Assembly (NCBI GenBank): GCA_963748015.1 | Contig: CAVVHE010000008.1 | Location: forward strand, 320,001-384,000 | DNA: 64,000 bases | Direction: 5' to 3' | DNA from: Terriglobia bacterium | GTDB taxonomy: Bacteria > Acidobacteriota > Polarisedimenticolia > Polarisedimenticolales > JAIQFR01 | In this document: one piece after another, positions 50,545 to 59,559 of the stretch | Numbering within the stretch: the first letter of the stretch is position 1 | Layout of the letters: each line of letters opens with the position of its first letter | Notes under the pieces: model-generated | What the model saw: only the letters and a program-made list of their open reading frames with translations | The model's database searches: none | Told to the model about the DNA's origin: nothing | Position numbers and translations under genes: made by a program

Positions 50545-51312
50545 GTGAAGAGGAAGCCCCCCGAGCACGCGAACCACGAGCGGTGGCTCGTCTCCTACGC
50601 GGACTTCATCACGCTCCTGTTCGCGTTCTTCGTCGTGATGTTCGCGATCTCCCAGGTCGACGCGCAGAAGCTCGGCCGGTTCGTGCAGTCGGTCAACGTC
50701 GCGTTCGAGATGAAGGGGGTCTTCCCGGAATCGAACCCGCACCCGATCCAGCTGGACCCCTCGGCGGGAGGAGGGCTCGGGATCCGGCCGAACATCGCGC
50801 CGCCCAAGATCACGGTGCAGGCGGGGATGGTCCCCTCGAGACGCGCCCAGCAGGTCCGCCGGGCCCTCGAGAGCATGCCGGGGATGTCGAAGCTGGAGGG
50901 CAAGGTCCACGTGCGCATCGACCAGCGCGGCGTCACGGTGAGCCTCTCGGAGGCCGGGTTCTTCGACACGGGCTCGGCCCAGGTGCGGGACGACGCGGTG
51001 CCGATGCTCCGCGAGCTCGCGGAGGCCTTGAAGGTCGCCGAGAGCCCCATCGCCGTCGAGGGGCACACGGACAACGTCCCGATCAAGACGCCCCTCTATC
51101 CTTCCAACTGGGAGCTTTCGACCGTCCGGGCGACCAGCATCGTCCGGTACCTGATCGAGCAGCAAGGGTACGACCCGCTGCGCCTCTCGGCGACCGGCTT
51201 CGCCGAGTACCGGCCCGTCGGCGACAACGCGTCTCCCGAGGGCCGCACCCAGAACCGCCGCGTGGACATCGTGATCCTCACCGAGACGGGCGACGGTCCC
51301 GCCCCGCGCTGA
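50545..51312 (+). CDS. motB: Flagellar stator protein MotB
   Basis: WLVSYADFITLLFAFF; OmpA-like domain GHTDN..SNWELSTVRA..NRRVDI. Confidence 0.95.
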   Translation: MKRKPPEHANHERWLVSYADFITLLFAFFVVMFAISQVDAQKLGRFVQSVNVAFEMKGVFPESNPHPIQLDPSAGGGLGIRPNIAPPKITVQAGMVPSRRAQQVRRALESMPGMSKLEGKVHVRIDQRGVTVSLSEAGFFDTGSAQVRDDAVPMLRELAEALKVAESPIAVEGHTDNVPIKTPLYPSNWELSTVRATSIVRYLIEQQGYDPLRLSATGFAEYRPVGDNASPEGRTQNRRVDIVILTETGDGPAPR

Positions 51313-51336
51313 GCGCGGAAGGCGCGGAGGATCGCC

Positions 51337-52746
51337 GTGGCCGTCCTGGACGTCGCGCACAAGACGATCACGCTGAAGGTCGTCTACTACGGCTGCGCGC
51401 TGGGCGGCAAGACCACCAACCTGGTCACGCTGCACCGCCTCACCGACCCGGACGGACAGCACGGCCTCGTCTCGATCGCCACCCGCGACGACCGCACGCT
51501 GTTCTTCGACCTCCTGCCGATGGAGCTCGGGCAGGTGGGCGGGCTCACGGTCAACGTGAAGATCTACACGGTGCCGGGCCAGGTGCACTACGAGCTGACG
51601 CGGCGGCAGGTGCTCTCCGGCACCGACGCGGTCGTGCTCGTGATCGACTCGTCGCCGTCCGAGGTCAAGTCCAACCAGTGGGCCGCCGACAACCTGAGGC
51701 TGAACCTCAAGGGCAGCGGGTACGACCCCGACCAGACGCCGATCGTCCTCCAGTGGAACAAGCGGGACCTGCCGGGCGCGCGAACCGTGGCCGAGCTGAG
51801 CGCCGACCTCAACACGCGGGGGCTTCCCGCGTTCGAGGCGGTCGCCACCTCGGGAGCGGGCGTCATCGAGACCTTCGCGTGCGCGCTCAAGATGGCCATC
51901 CGGCAGGCGTACGCCCGGTCCGGGCGCACCATCGCCACGCCGGAGGTCCTCGACCGCACGGTGGACCTGGCCCTCGAGCAGGCCCGCGCGCGCGAGCCGT
52001 CGCTTCCCGAGCCGGCGGCGGCCGCGTTCGAGCACCGGGTGGACATGGCCGCCTACCAGGACAAGTGGGCGGAGCACGGGCGCGACCGGCGGATCCTCGA
52101 CCAGGAGACGCTCCTCTCCGAGGCCGTGCAGACCAACATGGAGCTGGCCGAGCGGATCGACGGCCTGCGCGGCGTGCAGTCCTCGAGCGAGCGGCGCGCC
52201 GCCATGCTCGGCGCCCTCTCTCGCCTCGCCCCGGCCCTGTCCGATCCCGCCGGGACCGCGCTCCCCCCGGGACTCATGAAGGCGCTACTCGAGGCGTGCG
52301 GCAGGAGCCGGGGGTCGCTCCTCGTCTTCCGTCCCAACGAGAAGACGATGGACGAGCGCGAGGTGGTGCCGGAGGGGCGCGACCCCATGAATGCGGCGGT
52401 CGCGGCGTCGCTCGGGAGCGCGGCCCACCGGCTGTGCCAGGGGGACTCGCCGCGGTGGGTCGAGGACCTCAGCGGCGAGGTGTTCTTCGACGCCAGTCCG
52501 CCCGGGGCGGAGGGGGTCGTCTCGGCCCTCGTCCTTCCGCTGCGTTGCGACGGCGCGGCCTTCGGGGGGATCGTGGTCTACATCGCCGTCCAGGAGTCGC
52601 CCCCGGACGACGCGGAGAGGGAGTTCTGGACGACCTGCGGGACGCTGATCTCCCTGTCCCTGCACTGGAGGGGGCTCAGGAGGAGGCTCACGCAGGCGGC
52701 GGCCGCGGCTCCCCCGGTCTCAAGTCAGGGGGCCAGGAGCCGATAG
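51337..52746 (+). CDS. MglA-family small GTPase fused to a coiled coil and a GAF-like domain
   Basis: KVVYYGCALGGKTTNL, DRTLFFD, YTVPGQVHY, WNKRDL, EAVA; C-terminal SALVLPLR..FGGIVVY (GAF-like). Confidence 0.85.
   Translation: MAVLDVAHKTITLKVVYYGCALGGKTTNLVTLHRLTDPDGQHGLVSIATRDDRTLFFDLLPMELGQVGGLTVNVKIYTVPGQVHYELTRRQVLSGTDAVVLVIDSSPSEVKSNQWAADNLRLNLKGSGYDPDQTPIVLQWNKRDLPGARTVAELSADLNTRGLPAFEAVATSGAGVIETFACALKMAIRQAYARSGRTIATPEVLDRTVDLALEQARAREPSLPEPAAAAFEHRVDMAAYQDKWAEHGRDRRILDQETLLSEAVQTNMELAERIDGLRGVQSSSERRAAMLGALSRLAPALSDPAGTALPPGLMKALLEACGRSRGSLLVFRPNEKTMDEREVVPEGRDPMNAAVAASLGSAAHRLCQGDSPRWVEDLSGEVFFDASPPGAEGVVSALVLPLRCDGAAFGGIVVYIAVQESPPDDAEREFWTTCGTLISLSLHWRGLRRRLTQAAAAAPPVSSQGARSR
52720..52746 (+). 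promoter_or_regulatory. Sigma28 promoter overlapping the stop codon of the MglA-like gene
   Basis: TCAA-N15-GCCGATAG, ending 41 nt before GTG52788. Confidence 0.75.
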
Positions 52747-52787
52747 GTAGGGATAGCGCCGGTTCGTGAGCGGCGTGGGGGGATGGC

Positions 52788-54710
52788 GTGCCGGAGACCT
52801 CGCAGACATCCGACCTCGAGTCGTTGCTCCTCGCGGAAGGGCTGGTGACCGCCGTCCAGGTGGAGCGGACGCGCCGCATCGCGTCGCGCCTCGCGCAATC
52901 CCGGCCCCTGGGCGAGATCCTCGTGGAGATGGGCCAGATCCCGCGGGCCGAGTACGACCGGGTACTGAAGCTCCACCGCTCCCGGATGGACGTCGTGGCC
53001 ATCCTGGTCGACGACGGCTCCCTGGGCCCGGAGGGGCTCGAGGCCTACCGGGCCGCGAGGGCCAAGGCTCCCTCCCGGAGCGACCGTTCCATCCTCGTGG
53101 ACGACGGCCTGGTCGGCGAGGAGCAGTTCCTGAGGGCCCTCGCCGACAAACACGGGATCGCGTACGTCGAGCCGCAGGTGGGGCTGATCGACCGGGAGCT
53201 GCTGAAGAAGGTCTCGGTTCCGTACCTCCTCCGGAACAAGGTCCTTCCCATGGGGGTCGTGGACGGCTCGCTGAACGTCCTCATGGCGGACCCGCTCGCG
53301 CGGCAGGTCGTCGGCGAGCTGGCGAGGATCTACGGCCTGCCGATCAGCGCGTGCTGCGCTACGTCGGCCCGGATCGTCGAGGCGATCGAGACGCTCGAGC
53401 GGCTGCAGGAGGGAAAGGGAGCGGGAGCGGGCTCGAGCCTCCAGTACCGCGAGATCCAGGATTCGAAGGACGACGACGAGAGCGGCGAGGGCGCGGTGCA
53501 GGTGGTGGACTACCTCCTCTTCCGCGCGATCACGCTCGCCGCGAGCGACCTCCACATCGAGCCGCTCCAGAGCAAGGTCCGCGTGCGGGTCCGGGTGGAC
53601 GGCGTGCTCCAACCCCTCACAGACCTGCCGGCGGAGTTCGCGCCGCGCGTCGTCTCCCGCGTGAAGGTGCTGGCCGGGGCGGACATCGCCGAGCGCCGCC
53701 TGCACCAGGACGGACGGATCGTCGTGAAGGTGGAGGGGAGGGAGGTGGACATCCGCGTCTCCTCCTACGCCTCGATGTTCGGCGAGACGATCGTGATGCG
53801 CCTGCTCGACCGGCGCCGCGGGCTGGTGCCGCTCCAGGACCTGACCTTCGCGCCGCGCGTGCTCGCGACGCTTCGCGACGTCGTGCTCAGGACCTCGTCG
53901 GGCCTCGTCCTGGTCACGGGGCCCACCGGCAGCGGCAAGACCACGACGCTCTACTCGTTCGTGGACTACGTGAACGAGCCTTCGCTCAAGGTGATCAGCT
54001 GCGAGGACCCGGTGGAGTACGTGCTGGACGGGGTCACGCAGTGCTCGGTGAACGCCAAGACCGGCCCGACCTTCCCCGACTCGCTCAAGGCGATCGTGCG
54101 CCAGGACCCCGACATCGTCATCGTCGGCGAGGTCCGCGACGGCGTCACCGCCTCCCTCGCGGTCGAGGCGGCGCTCACCGGCCACAAGGTGTTCTCGACC
54201 TTCCACACCGAGGACGCCGTGGGCGCGATCATCCGGCTGCTCGACATGGGAGTCGAGCCGTTCCTCGTCGCGTCGACACTCGCGGGGATCGTCGCGCAGC
54301 GGCTCGTGCGAAGGGTGTGCGCGGCCTGCGCGAAGTCGGCCGAGCCGTCGCGCGAGGACGTCCGGTATCTCGGACTCGACCGCGCCGACATCAGCGGGGC
54401 GCCCTTCACGGCGGGGGCGGGCTGCCCGAAATGCAATGGCTCCGGCTTCAAGGGGCGGGTCGGCATCCACGAGGTGCTCCTCCCGGACGACGATTTCCGG
54501 GACGCCGTGCTCCGGCGCGCCGCGTCGAAGGAGCTGCGCGGCCTGGCCCGGCAGCTCCCCGCATTCCTCACCCTGCAGGAAGACGGGCTTCTCAAGGCGA
54601 TGACGGGGATCACCACGCTGGGCGAGATCGCCGCGAACGCGCCCCGGGATTCGAGCCCGAGACGCCCGGCGGTCCTCCAGGAGATCGCATCGGTCGGGAG
54701 GCTGCGATGA
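52788..54710 (+). CDS. PilB/GspE-family traffic ATPase with degenerate MshEN-like repeats
   Basis: ASDLHIEP, DIAERRLHQDG, GPTGSGKTTTLY, EDPVE, RQDPDIVIVGEVRD, AALTGH, tetracysteine CAAC..CPKC. Confidence 0.92.
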   Translation: MPETSQTSDLESLLLAEGLVTAVQVERTRRIASRLAQSRPLGEILVEMGQIPRAEYDRVLKLHRSRMDVVAILVDDGSLGPEGLEAYRAARAKAPSRSDRSILVDDGLVGEEQFLRALADKHGIAYVEPQVGLIDRELLKKVSVPYLLRNKVLPMGVVDGSLNVLMADPLARQVVGELARIYGLPISACCATSARIVEAIETLERLQEGKGAGAGSSLQYREIQDSKDDDESGEGAVQVVDYLLFRAITLAASDLHIEPLQSKVRVRVRVDGVLQPLTDLPAEFAPRVVSRVKVLAGADIAERRLHQDGRIVVKVEGREVDIRVSSYASMFGETIVMRLLDRRRGLVPLQDLTFAPRVLATLRDVVLRTSSGLVLVTGPTGSGKTTTLYSFVDYVNEPSLKVISCEDPVEYVLDGVTQCSVNAKTGPTFPDSLKAIVRQDPDIVIVGEVRDGVTASLAVEAALTGHKVFSTFHTEDAVGAIIRLLDMGVEPFLVASTLAGIVAQRLVRRVCAACAKSAEPSREDVRYLGLDRADISGAPFTAGAGCPKCNGSGFKGRVGIHEVLLPDDDFRDAVLRRAASKELRGLARQLPAFLTLQEDGLLKAMTGITTLGEIAANAPRDSSPRRPAVLQEIASVGRLR

Positions 54711-55567
54711 CGACGGTGACCGGAGCCACCACTCACTCGCTGGCGGACGGCATCCGTGAGGCTGTGAAGCGCGGCGAGTTTTGTCTCCCGCCGCTTCCCG
54801 AGCTGGCGACGCGCGTGCTGGACCTCCTGAGGGACGACGACGGCGCCGACTCGAGGCGCGTGGCCGAGCTGGTCCGCAACGACCAGGCCGTCACGGCAAC
54901 GCTACTGCGCATGGCCAACTCCGCGGCGTTCGGCGGGCTCAAGGAGGTCACGGAGCTGAGCCAGGCAATCACGCGGGTCGGCCTGCGGCAGGTCTCGTCG
55001 GTCCTGACGGCGCTCCTGCACAAGGGGAACTTCGACACGGCGAACGCCCCCAGGCTGAGCCTGTTCCGCTCCCTCTGGGATCACGCCGTGGCCACCGCGA
55101 TCGCGGCGAAGTACCTCACCGCCTCGGGCGGCGGCGACCCCGAGGAGGCCTTCCTCGCCGGCCTGCTCCACGACACCGGGAAGCTCGTGGTCCTCAAGGC
55201 CGTGGACGAGCTGACGCGGCGCGAGCCCGGCACGATCCTCACCGACGCGGTCGTCGAGGAGCTCACCGACCTGCTGCACGCGGAGCTGGGCCACTCGACC
55301 CTCGTCCGGTGGAAGCTCCCCGGGCCGATTTGTCGCGTGGCGCTCCACCACCACGACGAGCAGCCGGCGTCCGGCGACGTCCTCCTCATGCGCGTCCAGG
55401 CGGCCGACGCCATCTCGCGCAAGATGGGGGCTCACCCGCACCCCGACCCCGGCCTGAACCTGCTCGAGGTCCCCGCCGTCGAGCGCCTGAACCTCAACGA
55501 CCTCGAGCTCGCCACCCTCATGGTGGACCTCGAGGACGCCGTCAACGCCATCAAGCAGCTGATCTGA
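54707..55567 (+). CDS. HDOD domain protein
   Basis: LPPLP, D..TATLLRMANSA, AITRVG, WDHAV, AGLLHDTGK, H..LG..W.LP. Confidence 0.92.
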   Translation: MTTVTGATTHSLADGIREAVKRGEFCLPPLPELATRVLDLLRDDDGADSRRVAELVRNDQAVTATLLRMANSAAFGGLKEVTELSQAITRVGLRQVSSVLTALLHKGNFDTANAPRLSLFRSLWDHAVATAIAAKYLTASGGGDPEEAFLAGLLHDTGKLVVLKAVDELTRREPGTILTDAVVEELTDLLHAELGHSTLVRWKLPGPICRVALHHHDEQPASGDVLLMRVQAADAISRKMGAHPHPDPGLNLLEVPAVERLNLNDLELATLMVDLEDAVNAIKQLI

Positions 55568-55598
55568 CCGCCCGCGCTTCGTCGTGCATCTTCGGGTG

Positions 55599-55788
55599 CC
55601 GGCGGCCGCCCGCGGGTCATCCCGCGGCGACCTCCCTCGGCGACGACCCGCATCGGCCGCGCGAAGGGTCGAGCAAGCGCGCTGGCGCGGATCCTAGCGC
55701 CATCGCGCTCGACCCTTCGCGCGGCCGTGCAGGGGTCCCCGTCGCCTCGGGCATCGTCGCCGCGGGATGACCCACGGGCGGCCGCCGG
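55599..55788. repeat. Long imperfect inverted repeat filling a convergent intergenic region
   Basis: 55599-55631 pairs with 55756-55788 (32/33); 55654-55674 pairs with 55707-55727 (21/21); inner TGGCGC/GCGCCA. Confidence 0.9.
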
Positions 55789-55810
55789 GGTCCGGAGGTT
55801 CGAACGATTG

Positions 55811-56089
55811 CTAGCGGCGGGCGAAGCGGAGAAATACGCGCCAGGCGCCGCTCTCGAGGCCGTCGGGGAGCTGCTGGCCGTCGGGGATCAGGAGGATGAG
55901 CACTCGGCCGCCGGCGGGATCGGGAGCGCTTTCGCCGTGGCGCCGCTCGTGCTGGGGATCCGGGGGGTTACCGCCCCTACGCCGAGGCGCGCGCACACCG
56001 AGGACACGGCCCTCGACCGCGCCGGCGGCAACCGCGACCTTCGTCGCGGGAGCGCCGACCGGCGGTGTGCCTCCGATCCGGATGTCCAC
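55811..56089 (-). CDS. Small hypothetical protein (92 aa) with its own sigma28 promoter
   Basis: Strong RBS GGAGGTGAGG before GTG56089; sigma28 promoter directly upstream; co-oriented with csrA. Confidence 0.7.
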   Translation of the reverse strand: MDIRIGGTPPVGAPATKVAVAAGAVEGRVLGVRAPRRRGGNPPDPQHERRHGESAPDPAGGRVLILLIPDGQQLPDGLESGAWRVFLRFARR

Positions 56090-56109
56090 GCCTCACCTCC
56101 ACCCCCATC

Positions 56110-56136
56110 GCATCGGCAGGCGAGCGCCGGACTTGA
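56110..56136 (-). promoter_or_regulatory. Sigma28 promoter
   Basis: TCAA-N15-GCCGATGC on the minus strand. Confidence 0.75.
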
Positions 56137-56140
56137 GGCT

Positions 56141-56347
56141 CTAGCTATTCTCTGAGGGAGTCGAGGTCTCGACGGCGGCGCGGTTGCTGCGCGCGATCTC
56201 CTGGTAGATCTCCTCGCGGTAGATCGAGACGTCGGGGGGGGCTTCGAAGCCGATGCGGACGACGCCGTGGGACAGCTCGAGCACGGTGATTCGTATCGAG
56301 TTGCCGACGACGATGCTCTCGCCGGCCTTGCGGGTGAGGGCTAGCAT
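56141..56347 (-). CDS. csrA: Carbon storage regulator CsrA
   Basis: MLALTRKAGESIVVG..VRIGFEAP..IYREEIY. Confidence 0.97.
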   Translation of the reverse strand: MLALTRKAGESIVVGNSIRITVLELSHGVVRIGFEAPPDVSIYREEIYQEIARSNRAAVETSTPSENS

Positions 56348-56419
56348 CGGGACCTCCTGTCCCCGGAGCCCGTCTCGGGGCTCCTCGTTCCCGCCGCTCC
56401 GCGGCGGGGTGGTGAGAAG

Positions 56420-56833
56420 CTACGCGTCCAGCTTCACCGGAGCGCGAAGCGGGTAAGACCTGTCGTCCAGGATCACCTGTACCGCCCGCTGGCACCTGAC
56501 GTTCACGACGAGCGGCGCGCGGAGGTTCGCGACGCAGCCTTCACCCTCGAGGGTCGTGACCGCCAGGAACAGCACGGGATCGCCGTCGGCAAGTGCCAGC
56601 GCTTCCTGGATCCTCGACCCGAGCTCCGGCCGGTAGTTCCGGTCGGCGAGCCGGGGGTCGGTGACCGGAAGGGCGAGCCCTTCGACGTCGAGGCACCTCA
56701 GCACCCGCACGGCCGATCCGCTCCTCTCGAGGAGCTCGAAGCGCCGCGCCTGCGGGATGCCGATGAGGCCCTCCTCGAAGCAGATCGTGGAGCCGGCGCC
56801 GGCCGGGACCGTGGACTCGCTCATCGTCGTCAC
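56420..56833 (-). CDS. fliW: Flagellar assembly factor FliW
   Basis: FEEGLIG, DP..Y.P, ANLRAPLVVN..QVIL..YPLR; adjacent to csrA. Confidence 0.9.
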   Translation of the reverse strand: MTTMSESTVPAGAGSTICFEEGLIGIPQARRFELLERSGSAVRVLRCLDVEGLALPVTDPRLADRNYRPELGSRIQEALALADGDPVLFLAVTTLEGEGCVANLRAPLVVNVRCQRAVQVILDDRSYPLRAPVKLDA

Positions 56834-57702
56834 CCCAGGTAGTCGAACAGGGACATGCCGAGTATACGTCCTGCGGCCGCCGACAGCGCCGAGCGGGCGG
56901 TGCTCGCCGACTGCAGCTCCACCGCGACCTGCGTCAGGTCCGCGTCCTCGAGCTCGCCTATCCGCTGCAGCAGGCGCGTCGCCTCGTCCGCGTGGCGCGA
57001 GGTGATCGCGTCGATCTTCTCCATGCGGGCGCCGATCTCGCCCCGGACGCCCGTCATCCGGCTGATGTCGTCCCCCAGGGTCACGACCAGCGCCGCGGCG
57101 TCCGCCGTGCGGCCGTCGCGCACGGCCTGAGCGGCGTCCGCGAGGTGGGCGAACAGGTCCCCTCCGGCCTGGAACGCGTCGCGGCCCGACATCGTCGAGG
57201 CGACCTGCTCGTTCGTGTCGAGCGGGGCCTGCGCCTCCGCGTCGTCGCCGTGATAGCTCCCGTCCTGGGCGAAGGGCAGCGTGCGGGTCGCGGTCCCCGA
57301 GAACAGGAACCGGCCGTTCTGGTTCGTGTTGGCCAGGGAGAGGAGCTGCGTGCGCAGGGCGTCGAGCTTGTCGGCCCGCGCCGCGTTCCCCGGCAGGCCG
57401 GTCCCGGAGGCCCCCGCCATCGCCTCGGCGCGAGCCGAGGAGAGGACGGACACGACCTCGCCGAGCGCGCTGTCGATCGCGGACAGGTCGGTTCGCGCCG
57501 CCTGCGCGGACCGGTCGAAGCCGGAAAGGGCCACCACGCGCCCCCGGGCCTGCAGCGCGAGGTGCGCGGCGGCCGGGTCGTCGGAGGCGGTCCGGACCCG
57601 CTTGCCGTCCGACATCCGGTCGAGGCCGCGCGAGGTCGAGCCGCGCGCGTTCTCGAGGCCCGTGAGGAGCCGGAGGTAGAAGCTCTGGTCGCCGACCCGC
57701 AT
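56830..57702 (-). CDS. flgL: Hook-associated protein FlgL
   Basis: SDGKRV..ASDDP, LANTNQNGRFLFSG, GEIGARM, LEDADL, SLFDYL. Confidence 0.92.
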   Translation of the reverse strand: MRVGDQSFYLRLLTGLENARGSTSRGLDRMSDGKRVRTASDDPAAAHLALQARGRVVALSGFDRSAQAARTDLSAIDSALGEVVSVLSSARAEAMAGASGTGLPGNAARADKLDALRTQLLSLANTNQNGRFLFSGTATRTLPFAQDGSYHGDDAEAQAPLDTNEQVASTMSGRDAFQAGGDLFAHLADAAQAVRDGRTADAAALVVTLGDDISRMTGVRGEIGARMEKIDAITSRHADEATRLLQRIGELEDADLTQVAVELQSASTARSALSAAAGRILGMSLFDYLG

Positions 57703-57712
57703 GACGGGCCTC

Positions 57713-59107
57713 CTATCGCTGGATCAGGTTGATCGCGGTCTCGGTCACCGAGTCGAGCACCCGGATGAACTTCGTTGCCGCTTCGAACGATCGCTGGAAC
57801 TGCATCAGGTTGATCGCTTCCTCGTCGAGCGAGACGCCGGAGACGCTGTCGCGCTGCTGGACGAGGCCGTCCACGAGGCTCCTCGACACGCCGTAGGAGA
57901 CGTCGGTCTGGGCGATGTCGTCGCCGAGCCGCGTCAGCGAGTCGGTGAGGAAATCCGCCGGGCTCTTCCCGCCGAGCGACGCCGACCCCTGGTCGCGCAG
58001 CTTCGCGATGGACGCGGCGACACTGCCGTCTCCCGCCGCGCCGGACGCGGACACGGCGAGGAGCGACGGATCCTGGAGGATCGCGGAGTTCACGGCGATG
58101 GTCGCGGCCGCTCCCGTCGCGGAGGGCGGGTCGGGCACGAACAGCGGCCCGCCGGGGTTGCCGTTCGCGTCCCGGGCGCCCGCGGTGAGGGCGTTCGCGC
58201 GGCTCGCCATGTCGGCCGCGAGGCGGTCGAGCGTGGAGAGGCTGGACACGATCGCCTCGTCGCGCGTCGCGAGCTGGGCGCCGAGCCGCCCGCTCCTCAG
58301 CCTGCCCGTGAGATCGGTTCCGTCCCCCCCGGCTTGGATCGTGAGCATGCCGTCCGCCGACCTGCCCGTCCGGAGGGGCAGGGCGTGGTCTCCGGTCACC
58401 AGCGTCGCGCCCGCCGGCAGCTCGAAGCTCACGCGGCCGTCGGCTCCGGCGACGGAGACGCCGCCGGTCAGCTCGGCGAGCTGCTGCACGACCAGGTCGC
58501 GCTGGTCGCGGGGCCCGTTCGCGACCGCCCCTCCCGCCTCGTCCTGCGCGATCTGGCGGTTCAGGGAGGCGAGCTGCGAGGCGAGGTTGTTGACCTGCTT
58601 GATCGTCTCGCCGGTGGCCGCGTCCTCCTGCCGGCGCTGGGCCTGCAGCCTCCCGGAAGCGTCGCGCATCGAGCGTGCCAGCGCGTCCGCGGCCGAGACC
58701 GCGCCCCGGCGCGCGCCCGCGTTTTCGGGCTGGGCGGCGAGCTGGTTGAACGCGGAGGAGAAGCTCGCGAGCGCCGAGGCAAGCCCGTCGCCGTCGAGCG
58801 TCCCGAACACCGACTGGATGTCCTGGAGGCCGCGCAGCTTCTGGTCGGCGTGCCCGAGCGATCCCTGCTCGCGCTGCAGGCTGTCCGCCAGGAATCGGTC
58901 CTCCATCCGGCTGACCCGCGCGACGTCGACGCCGCTGTCGATCCAGCCGCCCGGCACCGCGAGGGGCATTCCCGGCGTCAGCTCGACCCGCCGCCGCGAG
59001 AAGCCGGGGGTCGAGGCGTTCGCGATGTTGTCCCCCGCGACCTGCATCCCCAGGCGCGACGCGCCCATCAGACGGCGCCCGATGTCGAAGTAGGCGAAGA
59101 TGTTCAT
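57713..59107 (-). CDS. flgK: Hook-associated protein FlgK
   Basis: GDNIANASTPGFSRR, RDQRD, SVSGVSLDEEAINLMQFQRSFEA. Confidence 0.95.
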   Translation of the reverse strand: MNIFAYFDIGRRLMGASRLGMQVAGDNIANASTPGFSRRRVELTPGMPLAVPGGWIDSGVDVARVSRMEDRFLADSLQREQGSLGHADQKLRGLQDIQSVFGTLDGDGLASALASFSSAFNQLAAQPENAGARRGAVSAADALARSMRDASGRLQAQRRQEDAATGETIKQVNNLASQLASLNRQIAQDEAGGAVANGPRDQRDLVVQQLAELTGGVSVAGADGRVSFELPAGATLVTGDHALPLRTGRSADGMLTIQAGGDGTDLTGRLRSGRLGAQLATRDEAIVSSLSTLDRLAADMASRANALTAGARDANGNPGGPLFVPDPPSATGAAATIAVNSAILQDPSLLAVSASGAAGDGSVAASIAKLRDQGSASLGGKSPADFLTDSLTRLGDDIAQTDVSYGVSRSLVDGLVQQRDSVSGVSLDEEAINLMQFQRSFEAATKFIRVLDSVTETAINLIQR

Positions 59108-59559
59108 GCGCGTTGCCTCAGCCTGAGCCCCTGCGGAGCGAATTCCGCGGAGCGTCCGGTCGGGAGGTAGTTGCCTCCGGTCGCCGCGGCGACCGTCGCG
59201 AGCAGTCCGCGCCGGAGCGTGACCATCCGCTCCAGCAGGCCGCTCGACACCGCGGACGCGCGCGCGAGGCGGGTGGCCGTGCGCTCGAGCGCGGCCCGCG
59301 CGCTCTCGACGCGCGGATCGCCGTCGGCCTGGACGTGAGCCGCGGCGAGCCGCCCGAGCTCTTCGACGAGCACCTTGGTCTCGACCGAGAGCGTCTCGAG
59401 GCGAGCCCTGTGCGACTCGATGGCGTCCGTGTCCCCCGCGACGATCGCGGAGCGCACCGCGTCCGTGAGCCGTTCGGCCTCCTCGAGCCTCGCGTTCAGC
59501 TCGGAGAGGAGTCGGGCCTGGTTGATCGCGGCTTCGGTGGAATCAGCGGGGAAATCCAT
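59104..59559 (-). CDS. flgN: Flagellar export chaperone FlgN
   Basis: Helical protein between flgM and flgK; C-terminal NY.P.G motif. Confidence 0.7.
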   Translation of the reverse strand: MDFPADSTEAAINQARLLSELNARLEEAERLTDAVRSAIVAGDTDAIESHRARLETLSVETKVLVEELGRLAAAHVQADGDPRVESARAALERTATRLARASAVSSGLLERMVTLRRGLLATVAAATGGNYLPTGRSAEFAPQGLRLRQRA

